From Mizuhopecten yessoensis (Eukaryota), in contig NW_018408798.1 in the NCBI RefSeq assembly GCF_002113885.1, positions 338,282 through 394,804 on the forward strand: a stretch of DNA of 56,523 nucleotides. Reading direction: 5' to 3'. The position numbers and the translations under genes are program-made. Position 1 is the stretch's first letter, and each line of letters starts with the position of its first letter. The notes below the pieces were generated by a model that saw nothing but the letters and a program-made list of their open reading frames with translations, ran no database searches and was not told the DNA's origin. Below, piece by piece: positions 36,875 to 49,028 of this stretch.

Positions 36875-37580
36875 CGGCCATCAAGTTACAGGTGTAAACG
36901 GACACCTGTAGCGGCCATCAGGTTACAGGTTTAAACGGACACCTGTAACGGCCATCAGGTTACAGGGGTAAACGGACACCTTTAGCGGCCATCAGGATAC
37001 AGGTGTAAATGGACACCTTTAGCGGCCATCAGGATACAGGTGTAAATGGACACCTGAAGCGGCCATCAGGTTACAGGGGTAAATGGACACCTGTAGCGGC
37101 CATAAGGTTACAGGTGTAAATGGACACCTGAAGCGGCCATCAGGTTACAGGCGTAAACGGACACCTGTAGCGGACATCAGGTTACAGGTGTAAACGTACA
37201 CCTGTAGCGGCCATCAGGTAACAGGTGTAAACGGACACCTGGAGCGGCCGTCAGGTTACAGGTGTAAACGTACACCTGTAGCGGCCATCACGTTACAGGT
37301 GTAAACGGACGCCTGTAGTGGCCATCAGGTTACAGGTGAAAACGGACACCTGTAACGGCCATCAGGTTACAGGGGTAAACGGACACCTGTAACAGCCATC
37401 AGGATACAGGTTTAAACGGACACCTGTAGCGGCTATCAGGTTACAGATCTATATGGACACCTGTAGCGGCCATCAGTTTACAGGTGTAAACGGACACCTT
37501 TAGCGGCCATCAGGTTACAGGTGTAAACGGACACCTGTAACAGCCATCAGGTTACAGGTTTAAACGGACACCTGTAACGG
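36875..37580. repeat. 37-bp minisatellite with an internal hairpin (gcggccatcaggttacaggtgtaaacggacacctgta), about 19 copies
   Basis: TACAGGTGT / ACACCTGTA inverted repeat in the consensus unit. Confidence 0.98.
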
Positions 37581-39979
37581 TTTAATTGAGGATTTGGCTA
37601 GAGAGGCTGTTAACAACACTTGTTTGTCTGATGGTTAGAATGAAGCAGGGATGTAACCTCCATCGACCTTGACCAGCGCTGGAAAGTTCAACCACAGACC
37701 TCCATCAGTTTACATAATTTGTAGAACTTTTTCCACTTTAAGAAGACTATTTACATACTACAGTAATGGTATAGGAACCTCTCTCCCTGTCTCTCACTAA
37801 TTGTATACTGGGGGGTGGATTAACATGTAATCCTCCACACTGTCATGGTCTTACTATTCACCTCAATACGTGTTTCTCACTTTTCATTAATGTTATAATG
37901 ATGTAGTTGAGAACTTATCTGTGAATAAAGTGTAACTTGAGGATTTTCATATTGTTTGGGGAGAGTTGTGACGTTGCCAAAGTTTTTGTGATGAAGCCCA
38001 CACCTGATTCTTGAAATAGATATACACAGTATGGATTATTCGCGGGATATGTACACAGTTGTCTATAATAAGAAGTCTATGACGTAGTTAGGCAAGAAAG
38101 TTATAATATACCGTTAAAGATGACTTTCAGTGGGAGATTTTAAGATCTAAACTTGTTAACTATACACAGCACCATAAACGCCCAATTAGAGCCCTTGTGC
38201 ATACACCTAATCAATATTGAAAATCACTAACACCAGCGGATCAGTTTGTTTTAGAACATACCATCACCTGATGAATGCAAAGGTCAATTGGTCTCACTTT
38301 TAACGCAAAATTTGTCATAGTTTTTTTTATATAAATGAAAGAGTCTAATCATTAACCGGTACCATTTATTTTCAGAACCAACTTTATCATAACTGGTAAT
38401 ACCGAGATTTCATAAAATCATACAATCAGAAGTATAGACCAGCGGAGAGCATATTTTGTCAGTATTGTCATATTCAGAATTGCCTGAAATCAACCATATA
38501 TTTCTTAAAGGCATATATTCATAATTATAATTTTTCAAATAAACCGTGTTGTGATTGACGGATTCGTGTTAGAGGTTTGACATCACTGGTGATTTAATGT
38601 TCTACGTGACACCTTGTATTTGTGATGTGTGTTAAGAGTTAGCTCCGTTCATTTTTATCAATGCGTCCTTTTGTACTATAGAAATCTGTCATCAAGTCAT
38701 CAAGTAAGCCAAATTTACCTGTCACAAATGTGATCTTATCGATTTATTTACAAGTTAAGAGCTCTTTTAAAAAAGAGGTACATATCACCTTGTATAGCTT
38801 CCATCATTAAGAGTAATACTTAAAGGTTACATTCTAACCAAGTGTCAATGATCACGTGGTATTGGTTATCAAATTTGTAATGAACCAGCCACCTATGACA
38901 AGGTTTCAGTTGGAGGGGAAGATAAGTAGACTCTTAAACCCTAATGAAAACAAAGTGTGGGATATATGTTCTGGCCTATTTTTATACAAGTCCAAACCAA
39001 CATAAAATGAAAGGAATGTTCACAATCTTTAATATGAAATTGTTAAAAAGTGTAAGCTTATTTGTTCAAAAATTAACAAAAGTACTTTAGTGTCTCTATT
39101 CTTTAAGTTTTTCTTTTGTTTGCTAGTGACATTTTTATAAGTTGAACACTGAATTATTTGTATGTAACTACACGTATATATATTTTTATGTACTATGCTA
39201 TGGTATAGAATGTTTGCCTGTCATGCACTCAAACTATGTTATATATACATGACCTCTTGTTACACATATTATGTGTGTCTGAGTGAAATAAAAATCTTGA
39301 AATCTTGAAATCTTGGAATCAGCCAGTCAAGTCTGTCTGTGGACAAAATATGTCCAAACATTTTGTTTCTTGCTATTCATCAAGTTTCCCTGTAACTTAG
39401 CAGCCTGAAGGTATTATCATATGTAGTTGTGTATGTATATCTACTATACTGGTCTCGTAATGTTTGGCAGAGTTATTGCCCTTATTGCCCTGTTTGAACT
39501 CATTTGGACACCTAAGTAAGCCCCTGATAACTTGTCATTCAGTTTGTTTTAGACCTGGTAGGGTTAGTCTGTCATACAGAGTTGCACAGGTCTATCAAAC
39601 ACACGGTACCCCTGATTTTCAGGAATGTGCACATAATTTGGATGGGACATCGGGTATTTAAGTCTTTGGCTAACAAGTTTTAATTGACCAATCACACAGA
39701 GAATCGAGTGATCGTGTGCAGTTGTTAGGATGTTTAATTTCTGAAATGAACATGGGGTATGATAGGTAATGGACGAGCATTAGAACAAGAATATCAATTA
39801 TGTGAAATACTACTGCTGCTATAGATAGAATGCATACCCAGTATACTTGTTGACACCAGAGGAAGGAAGAAGGGGTGGGGACAGATTTATCAACATACCA
39901 TATGTTTAATGGGCAATACATCATCCTCCAGATGTGTTTTACAAGGAGTGAAAAAAATATAATATGTTTTGACTGACAG

Positions 39980-40095
39980 TCGTCGTTTTCATGCATCTGA
40001 GTGCGAAGCGTGCGTCGGTAAGTGTACTAGAACCTGACATCACCTGTTGCGTACGTCATGTGCGGAGGTTTTCCGCATCTTATGTCAGTACCGTG
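39980..40095 (+). promoter_or_regulatory. Candidate internal promoter: CpG-rich patch with TGACATCA (40035), ACGTCA (40053) and Inr-like TCAGT (40085)
   Basis: Dense CpGs compared with the surroundings; motifs read directly; lies upstream of candidate exon 40343. Confidence 0.4.
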
Positions 40096-40342
40096 CAAGC
40101 TCCACATACTCATAGTAAGGGGCTTCCACTTCAAAACTTCGTTTTCAATAAACCAAATAAGCTTTCAGAAACATAAATAGACATTGTATTTAGAATTCTT
40201 TTTCAGTATTTCTTGAGACAAAAAGTGCCTTTTCGGTTTTTGTACAGTGATGAGTTAATCACACAACATGCTGTTTCTTCTCAGCTAAAATTACAATTTA
40301 TATATAGTAGTCTTGCTTGCATTCACGTTCCTAGGTTTTAAG

Positions 40343-40394
40343 ATGATCATGCTTGGAGAGACGGCAGTCTCCAATTGTTCTGCTATTAATATCG
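40343..40394 (+). CDS. Candidate alternative first coding exon of PDE4: MIMLGETAVSNCSAINI(D)
   Basis: ATG with A at -3, then 17 codons plus G, then GTAAGC. Phase 1 matches exon 54572. It lies about 260 nt after a CpG-rich CRE/Inr-like cluster. No transcript evidence. Confidence 0.45.
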
Positions 40395-41090
40395 GTAAGC
40401 CCCTACAACAAACATCACATGCTGATATTGAGAGAGCGACACAATTATACTTATGAAAGCATCACGCTCTTCATCAATCTCTGGCTGTCTGAGCTCCACG
40501 CCGGTGCATTGTCAGATAGATGAGTACATATGTAATTACACAATGAACATTAAACTGTGAATGTTTTAGCATTAATTTTAAGAACTTTGTAAATATTAAA
40601 ATTGAAAGCTGAACTAATTTGAAGTAATTTCGTAATTTTGTTAGATTTAGTTTATTCGACATGTGTATTTGGTTCAATTACGGTTTGTCATCATTACTAT
40701 CAGAGTGATTCAAAAGCTACCTGTGTGTTACTGGGATATATTCTATCATTCAGTTTGGTTATTTTTTCACTCAGGGGCCAGACACTTGAAAATTGTCGGT
40801 AATGACATATAATTTAATTTTGCTAGCTTAGTTAATTATTTGATTGGTTTTGATATTTCCTCTACCTCCAAAGAAAGATGGACGTTACTTGAAACAATCA
40901 TTGACTTTCGCCAGTGACGAAGTCCAGGAGGCCGAAATTTTAGGACTTTGAGTAACATTTGTTCTATATTTTGATTTTTCAGTTTTTAATTTTGAAATAG
41001 CCTGAACAAAATATAAACAGACCTGCTTTTTATGGTTCATTAACATGTTAACAAAAGATAAGATTTACTTGTACTTGTTTTCAGTATTAT

Positions 41091-41193
41091 ACAAAAGTAA
41101 TATTGCTGTAACAAAAGTAGTAATATTGCTGTAACAAAAGTAATATTGCTGTAACAAAAGTAATATTGCTGTAACAAAAGTGATATTGCTGTA
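41091..41193. repeat. 20-bp repeat (acaaaagtaatattgctgta), about 5 copies
   Basis: Read directly. Confidence 0.93.
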
Positions 41194-41910
41194 CAATTAC
41201 TTTCAAGTAGTATTTTCAAGGTTTTGTCCCTTTAATCATTTGTTGCACCGAGACCAAAATAAAGACTGGTATTCTATTGTATGAACTATTAGGCGGGTTT
41301 TGAAGAGTTTACATACACCCTTTATCGACCTATTCCACAAAAGGCCTACAAGAAAATGAGAATCAAAACTTCATTATGTTCTGACCCCTTTGATTTCTAT
41401 CAGTTCATAACGAAGAATTATTTGTTTCTGGGTTGAGCAATATGTGAGCCATGCTCTAATTGTGGCTACTCCGTCACTATAAACCGGAGAAATAACCTAC
41501 AAAAGAATGTTGTATATGATAAATGTCATGACTGAAATAGGTCACAAGGTTTATTACCATGTAGGACTACCTGCCTTACGTTGTTGACAGGTTGACAGAT
41601 ATGAAATTATTCAGAGACATATCTCGGTGAAGGAGACTTAACGTCTTCTGTCCCTTACATAACTCTTCCTCATAAACAAGTTCTAGCCATTGTCGTGAAA
41701 AATTATATAACATTAAACTGTTTTTGTATATTTTTACATTGCTCTTCATCATTTAGTACCATTTATATATGCTATTATTCTCATCCCTAAAAAGCTGTTT
41801 ACATATCATAGCTTTTTGAAATTAAAGAAAAATAAAGAGTGTTTGATAAAATTTCATTTTACAAAACTTTTCACAATAATTTTTTTTTGAAACAATGAAA
41901 CGACCCTAAT

Positions 41911-42101
41911 ATACCCTTAATACCAGTATGGTCAAAGAAAGGAAGCATACACCCTTAATACCAGTATGGTCACAGGAAGGTAACATTATGCCTTTAATAC
42001 CAGTATGGTCACAGAAAGGAAGCATTATGTCTTTAATACCAGTATGGTCACAGAAAGGAAGCATACACCCTTAATACCAGTATGGTCACAGAAAGGTAAC
42101 A
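41911..42101. repeat. About 39-bp repeat (ccttaataccagtatggtcacagaaaggaagcat...), about 5 copies
   Basis: Read directly. Confidence 0.92.
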
Positions 42102-43266
42102 TGACTGAAATAGGTCACAAGGTTTATTACCATGTAGGACTACCTGCCTTACGTTGTTGACAGGTTGACAGATATGACCACTAGGATGACCGGCTAATCT
42201 TCCTCATATGTAGGTGTTTTCTCCTGTAATTGACATAACAATCCGATTATTTTTGACAGAGTAATTGCCATTTGTGTATTTGGAGAATTAATCTGGTTTG
42301 AATAGCTAGTGCCTAAAGGATGTAGGTGTATTCAAGTTAACCTTTTGCAAATTAAGTTAAAATTCAAAATGTTAAAGTTACTTTTCTACACAAGCTAGAT
42401 ACAGTGACACTGCCAAATGATTCCTTTTCAGATGAAAATCTGTAGGTTTTGCCGATAGCAATGTGATCATTTGATCTTTTGTAGTTTTTTTGTTCTGTGT
42501 TTTTCATAAAAGTACTGCAAGATGTGGTTTTTATTTCAGAAATGATCTATAAAAGCTGTCTCCTTGTAATAAACAGGTTTTGGACGTGGTACGGGGATCT
42601 CTAAATGAAAGTTATATATTTTTGTTTCACTCGGGTAATAAGTTGGAATTGGGGTGTTTATTTATGGTGAGCCATTGGCATTGTAGCTGAGTGTTTTGTG
42701 TATGGCGTTCTGTTGTCACTGTTGGTTGGCTGGATAGGGTGATCACTTGTGGTCATTCACTCTTTTAGTGTTGTACATATTTACCTTGGCACCTCCCCGT
42801 AGCTTCGCTAATTAATGCTATGTTGTACCTATAATACTTACCTCAGAGCTCCACAGAATTGTTAGGTTGGTCTATACTTCTTGTATCAAAATGTATGCAG
42901 GCAGTCAAATTCCTTGACTCGAGTTTCATAAAGACTGTTTCTACAATGTAACTTTTAAGCTTTTTTTTCTTTGCATTTTATCATATATATTTTAATTCAT
43001 GACCCACAATATCAAAAACAAAGTCTGGCAAATATTATGCAAATTTGTAAAACTTCAATATTATTCAGTGAGTCACTTCTAGAGGCGATAGAATGTGTTA
43101 CTGTACAAGAAACAGAAGCAGACGGGCAGGAATCTGTTATAAGTATGAATTTTGAAGGCTGTCTAGGATGATGGACGAAGAAGCCACAAGATAAAGCAGA
43201 CTGGACCTCCTGGAGTGGTGATCTCTGGGTCAGTGACACTAGGTCATTGCACGTTGATTACGTACT

Positions 43267-45872
43267 GGCTGTAGAGGAAGTAGCGTCCTAGGTGATTGAC
43301 CACAAGTATAGGGATCGCCCTGACCGGCTGTAGAGGATGTAGCGTCCTAGGTGATTGACCACAAGTATAAGGATCGCCCTGATCGGCTGTAGAGGATGTA
43401 GTATCCTAGGTGATTGACCACAAGTATAGGGATCGCCCTGACCAGCTGTTAATGATGTAGCCTCCTAGGTGATTGACCACAAGTATAGGGATCGCCCTGA
43501 CCGGCTGTAAAGGATGTAGCGTCCTAGGTGATTAACCACAAGTATAGGGATCCCCCTGACTTGCTGTAAATGATGTAGCGTACTAGGTGATTGACCACAA
43601 GTATAGGGATCCCCCTGACCGGCTGTAGAGGATGTAGCGTCCTAGGGGATTGACCACAAGTATAGGGATCGCCCTGACCGGCTGTAGAGGATGTAGTATC
43701 CTAGGTGATTGACCACAAGTATAGGGATCGCCCTGACCAGCTGTTAATGATGTAGCCTCCTAGGTGATTGACCACAAGTATAGGTATCGCCCTGACCGGC
43801 TGAAAAGGATGTAGCGTCCTAGGTGATTAACCACAAGTATAGGGCTCCCCCTGACTTGCTGTAAATGATGTAGCGTACTAGGTGATTGACCACAAGTATA
43901 GGGATCGCCCTGACCGGCTGTAGAGGATGTAGTGTCCTAGGTGATTGACCACAAGTATAGGCAGCCCCCTGACTGGCTGTAGAGGATGTAGCGTCCTAGG
44001 TTATTGACCACAAGTATAGGGATCACCCTGACCGGCTGTAAAGGATGTAGCGTCCTAGGTGACTAACCACAAGTATAAGGATTGCCCTGACCAGCTGTTA
44101 ATGATGTAGCGTCCTAGGTGTTTGACCAAAAGTATAGGGATCGCCCTGACCAGCTGTAGAGGATGTAGCATCCTAGGTGATTGACCAAAAGAATAGGGAT
44201 CCCCCTGACTTGCTGTAAATGATGTAGCGTCCTAGGTGATTGACCACAAGTATAGGGATCGCCCTGACCAGCTGTTAATGATGTAGCGTCCTAGGTGATT
44301 GACCACAAGTATAGGGATCGCCCTGACCGGCTGTAAAGGATGTAGCATCCTAGGTGATTGACCACAAGTATAGGGATCCCCCTGACTTGCTGTAAATGAT
44401 GTAGCGTCCTAGGTGATTGACCACAAGTATAGGGATCCCCCTGACCGGCTGTAAAGGATGTAGCATCCTAGGTGTTTGACCAAAAGTATAGGGATCCCCC
44501 TGACCGGCTGTAGAGGATGTATCGTCCTAGGTTATTGACCACAAGTATAGGGATCCCCCTGACCGGCTGTAAAGGATGTAGCATCCTAGGAGATTGACCA
44601 CAAGTATAGGGATCCTCCTGACCGGCTGTAGAGGATGTAGCGTCCTAGGTGATTTACCACAAGTATAAGGATCGCCCTGACAGGTTATAGAGGATGTAGC
44701 GTCCTAGGTGACTAACCACAAGTATAAGGATTGCCCTGACCGGCTGTAAAGGATGTAGCATCCTAGGTGTTTGACCAAAAGTATAGGGATCGCCCTGACC
44801 GGCTGTAAAGGATGTAGCATCCTAGGTGTTTGACCAAAAGTATAGGGATCCCCCTGACCGGCTGTAGAGGATGTATCGTCCTAGGTTATTGACCACAAGT
44901 ATAGGGATCGCCCTGACCGGCTGTAAAGGATGTAGCTTCCTAGGTGATTGACCACAAGTATAAGGATCGCCCTGACAGGTTATAGAGGATGTAGCGTACT
45001 AGGTTATTGACCACAAGTATAGGGATCGCCCTGACCGGCTGTAGAGGATGTTGCATCCTAGGTGATTGACCACAAGTATAGGGATCCCCCTGACCGGCTG
45101 TAAAGGATGTAGCATCCTAGGTTATTGACCACAAGTATAAGGATCCCCCTGACCGGCTGTAGAGGATGTAGTATCCTAGGTGACTAACCACAAGTATAGG
45201 GATCCCCCTGACTGGCTGTAGAGGATGTAGCGTCCTAGGTTATTGACCACAAGTATAGGGATACAAGTATAGGGATCCCCCTGACCGGCTGTAAAGGATG
45301 TAGCATGCTAGGTTATTGACCACAAGTATAAGGATCCCCCTGACCGGCTGTAGAGGATGTAGCATCCTAGGTGATTGACCTCAAGTATAGGGATCCCCCT
45401 GACCGGCTGTAAAGGATGTAGCATGCTAGGTTATTGACCACAAGTATAAGGATCCCCCTGACCGGCTGTAGAGGATGTAGCATCCTAGGTTATTGACCAC
45501 AAGTATAGGGATCGCCCTGACCGGCTGTAAAGGATGTAGCATCCTAGGTGATTGGCCACAAGTATAGGGATCCCCCTGACCGGCTGTAAAGGATGTAGCA
45601 TCCAAGGTTATTGACCACAAGTATAAGGATCCCCCTGACCGGCTGTAGAGGATGTAGTATCCTATGTGACTAACCACAAGTATAGGGATCCCCCTGACTG
45701 GCTGTAGAGGACGTAGCGTCCTAGGTTATTGACCACAAGTATAGGGATCCCCCTGACCAGCTGTAAAGGATGTAGCGTCCTAGGTTATTGACCACAAGTA
45801 TAGGGATCCCCCTGACTGGCTATAGAGGATGTAGCGTCCTAGGTTATTGACCACAAGTGTAGGGATCCCCCT
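43267..45872. repeat. 59-bp tandem repeat (ggctgtagaggatgtagcgtcctaggtgattgaccacaagtatagggatcgccctgacc), about 44 copies
   Basis: Units at 43267, 43326 and 43385. Confidence 0.98.
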
Positions 45873-46454
45873 GGTAGATCCGGTCTACCTGTCAGTCCAA
45901 GCTGTAATCCACTGTTTCATTATGACATCAGGACTAATTAGGCTCACAAAGCCTGGTTAGCTGACTAAGACAATCGAAATCAATTTCTGTCTAAAACAGG
46001 TACAATTTATTGAATTTTTACATTAGTTTTAAATTGCCCTCAAAATTTCAGTTTGAATTGATTCAAATATAAAAATTTCCTAGCTTCAATTTAAATGTTG
46101 CTGAGAATCATAAAAATTTGTAGTTGTAAATTAAAGTTGACAGAGCTTAGATGACAGGGTATGATTTATTGATTTTTATTCCTCATTCAGCCCGACCCTC
46201 TATTGGTTTTGAGATGGGGCTTACATATGTGTTCTTTTGTGCGCACATGGCTTCCATAGCCTATTTCTAATATGAAAATTGATTGAGGTGTCTATTACAC
46301 CCACTTGAGACAAGATCTGTCCAAATCTTGTCCGATTGACCATTCTAGTGACAGCCGAGATGGTCAGGAGTTGACAAACACTCCAACATTTTCTCTGAAA
46401 ATGGTCGTGACAGCACTGGAATGTCTGTATCATGGGTCATTGACTTGAACCCCG

Positions 46455-46490
46455 GGCCAATCAGCTGACGTATATGACATTGTAAACAAA
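46455..46490 (+). promoter_or_regulatory. Candidate promoter/enhancer: NF-Y box GGCCAATCAG, half CRE TGACG, forkhead-type TGTAAACA
   Basis: Three consensus motifs within about 36 bp. Confidence 0.3.
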
Positions 46491-46515
46491 TTGTAACTTT
46501 GAAATACAGATTTAA

Positions 46516-46621
46516 ATGAGAGATCCATTATTAGTAGACTTGGATGGTAGTGGAGATATGTTGTTTAACAAACGAGGGATGGTACAGTTAATGACAGTGG
46601 TGGATCACATGCTGACTTATG
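46516..46621 (+). CDS. Candidate alternative first coding exon of PDE4: MRDPLLVDLDGSGDMLFNKRGMVQLMTVVDHMLTY(D)
   Basis: 35 codons plus G, then GTAGGT; phase 1; five in-frame ATGs. Immediately downstream of GGCCAATCAG and TGACG motifs. No transcript evidence. Confidence 0.3.
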
Positions 46622-46846
46622 GTAGGTGATATCTAGATATCTAGTCTGTAACATGTAGTTTGATTTGTGAGTTTTTGTGACTAAATTGAATTAATTATCA
46701 ACCAAGTATACCAGCTTTCACTTTATCTAACTACACTGGCCAAGTCCTCACGTGGAAGGAAACACAAGTATTAAAATCACATTGGAAATTAATTCTCTAC
46801 CAATGACTTTAAAATTGTGTCTTCAGTAATGCTAAGTTAAACTGAA

Positions 46847-47062
46847 AAGGACATAGGTACGAGTTATTTAGTTATGTAGCTCTGAATACAGAATTAAAGG
46901 ACATATATAAGGTACGAGTTATTTAGTTATGTAGCTCTGAATACAGAATTAAAGGACATATATAAGGTACGAGTTATTTAGTTATGTAGCTCTGAATACA
47001 GAATTAAAGGACATAGGTACTGTACGAGTTATTTAGTTATGTACGTAGCTCTGAATACAGAA
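46847..47062. repeat. About 55-bp repeat (ggtacgagttatttagttatgtagctctgaatacagaattaaaggacata...), 4 copies
   Basis: Read directly. Confidence 0.93.
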
Positions 47063-47449
47063 GCAATTTCATATTTCAATAAAAAATAAAAATGGTTCTT
47101 GGATTTTATTTTGAATGTCATGGAAACTGGAGTTAAATGGGGAAAGGCAAGTTATGAAATTAGTTAACAAATCTTGTTCACAATAACAGAATTGAAAATG
47201 TCTACAAGAGACTCCATTTTACCTCTACATTTCACAGTAGAGCTAGGTTGTGAACTTATGTAAGTTGAGTTACCCTTGTAACTTAAATTTGCTTCCTATC
47301 TATTTCATTTTGATATTTTTCTTTTAAATATTCACAATAACATTTCCCCGGTGACAGCAAAATCTTGGCATGTGTCTGGATCAAAGTTTGAGGTGAATGG
47401 TTTGGAGTATATTTCAGAAATCAATCCAGAGTGTTAGAGCTGGAGAAGT

Positions 47450-47597
47450 TAGAACACTAGGTAAAGTTGAGGTGAGGTATGATATGGTAGACCTAAATCT
47501 ACCTGTATGAACTTCAGGCACTAGAACACTAGGTAAAGTTGAGGTGAGGTATGATGTGGTAGACATCAATCTACCTGTTTGAACTCCAGCCACTAGG
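47450..47597. repeat. Two-copy 72-bp tandem duplication
   Basis: tagaacactaggtaaagttgaggtgagg at 47450 and 47522. Confidence 0.9.
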
Positions 47598-48367
47598 TAC
47601 GATACTCGGGAGACCTGCTTGCATAGACACAATAACCAAATTGCATTATTTGGCAATAATGCATTCTGTTCGTGCTCTTTGTTTGCCTGATGTTATCGTG
47701 ATGCTGTTGAGATATTGGGTATAAGAGGTAAATGAGAGAAGCCAGCGATGTCTTCCTTTCATCCTCTGTGATTCTAATCGTCCCTGCAATGGATCCCAGA
47801 ACATATTACACCAAAATCGTGCTAAGTCTGCTGTCAAACACACTTAATGAAATTGATTTCCTTACAAAATTCACATCGCATCCAATAAAATCTTGCTGTT
47901 TTATCTTATTTTGCCAAATGAAGATTCTTTGTTTCGTAAACAAGGCAGTTTCAGGTATTTTAAATGAATTGAGTTCAAATGAACCAAACAGAATTGTGTG
48001 AGGTTACTGGTAGTACCATGCCAGTGACCGTGACGACAAAGGAATGACTCGGATGTTTGTATCACTTTCTGGTTCCATCATAAGTATGAGTTACACCACC
48101 TGTTGATCGTATAATGGTATAAATCTCTGCGTATGATGAAAGTTACATCACACTGGCCTTGGTTTCATAACTGTTTCTCTACTAATGATATTCCTGTATT
48201 TAAGTTATTATAAAATGTCTGAGATAATGGTTTGGTGAAACCAAAGCCAGAATGACAACATATTCAACAACAAATTTTTAAATCGACTTATAAAGACCAG
48301 TGTGTGCTAGGTAAATGGTATCAATCGTATAGATTGCTAAGATCAAACCTAATCAAAATTTGAATAT

Positions 48368-48510
48368 ATATGACCTTGACCCATATTCAAGGTCACTGGA
48401 ATTAAATGTATAACATTTTTTGAAATAACTTTTCTAGTAAACCATCGGTCCTATGTGTATTTTGTTTGTAACTTGCTGGGGTAAGGGCTGTCAAATTTGT
48501 TCAAATATAG
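48368..48510. mobile_element. Isolated monomer-like remnant of the same TGACCTTGACC...CAAGGTCA repeat class
   Basis: atgaccttgacccatattcaaggtca (a TGACCTTGA/TCAAGGTCA dyad) followed later by ggggtaagggctgtcaaatttgttcaaat. Confidence 0.35.
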
Positions 48511-48721
48511 GTTCAGATGAGTGGAACTCTTCAATTGATCCCCCTGTGAAACATGAGGTGTAGGAAATGGTGTTTGGTCTGTAGCTTGCTAGGATGTAAG
48601 TGTGTCAGATTTAAGGTCACAGTCAGACACAGGGGTCTAATAATGATATAACTGGTTCCTGCTTAGGCAGACTTTTTAATGTTTAAATGGTCTTGATGTG
48701 ATCAGATTCCTGATTAGATAT

Positions 48722-49028
48722 GCAGTCTTGATATAAACAGGTTCCTGTTTTGGCAGTCTGATATTAACAGGTTCCTGTTTAGGCAGTCTTGATATAAACA
48801 GGTTCATGTTGAAATGGTATTGATATAAACAGGTTCCTGTTTTGGCAGTCTGATATTAACAGGTTCCTGTTTAGGCAGTCTGATATAAACAGGTTCCTGT
48901 TTTGGCAGTCTGATATTAACAGGTTTCTGTTTAGGCAGTCTGATATTAACAGGTTTCTGTTTAAGCAGTCTGATATAAACAGGTTCCTGTTTTGGCAGTC
49001 TGATATTAACAGGTTTCTGTTTAGGCAG
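48722..49028. repeat. 30/31-bp repeat (gcagtctgatataaacaggttcctgtttag), about 10 copies
   Basis: Read directly; contains the AAACAGG/CCTGTTT dyad. Confidence 0.95.

Noticed and set aside
36875-37580. Palindromic 37-bp repeats, and other 28-37 bp arrays, as CRISPR arrays
   Set aside because: Units are head-to-tail with no unique spacers, there are no cas genes, and the context is a spliceosomal intron.
39991-40023. ATG...TCG|GTAAGT as a coding first exon
   Set aside because: Phase 0, so incompatible with exon 54572; at most a non-coding leader.
42971-43245. Purine-rich, coding-looking segment before the 59-bp array
   Set aside because: Stops interrupt the frames checked, and there is no convincing donor or recognisable motif.
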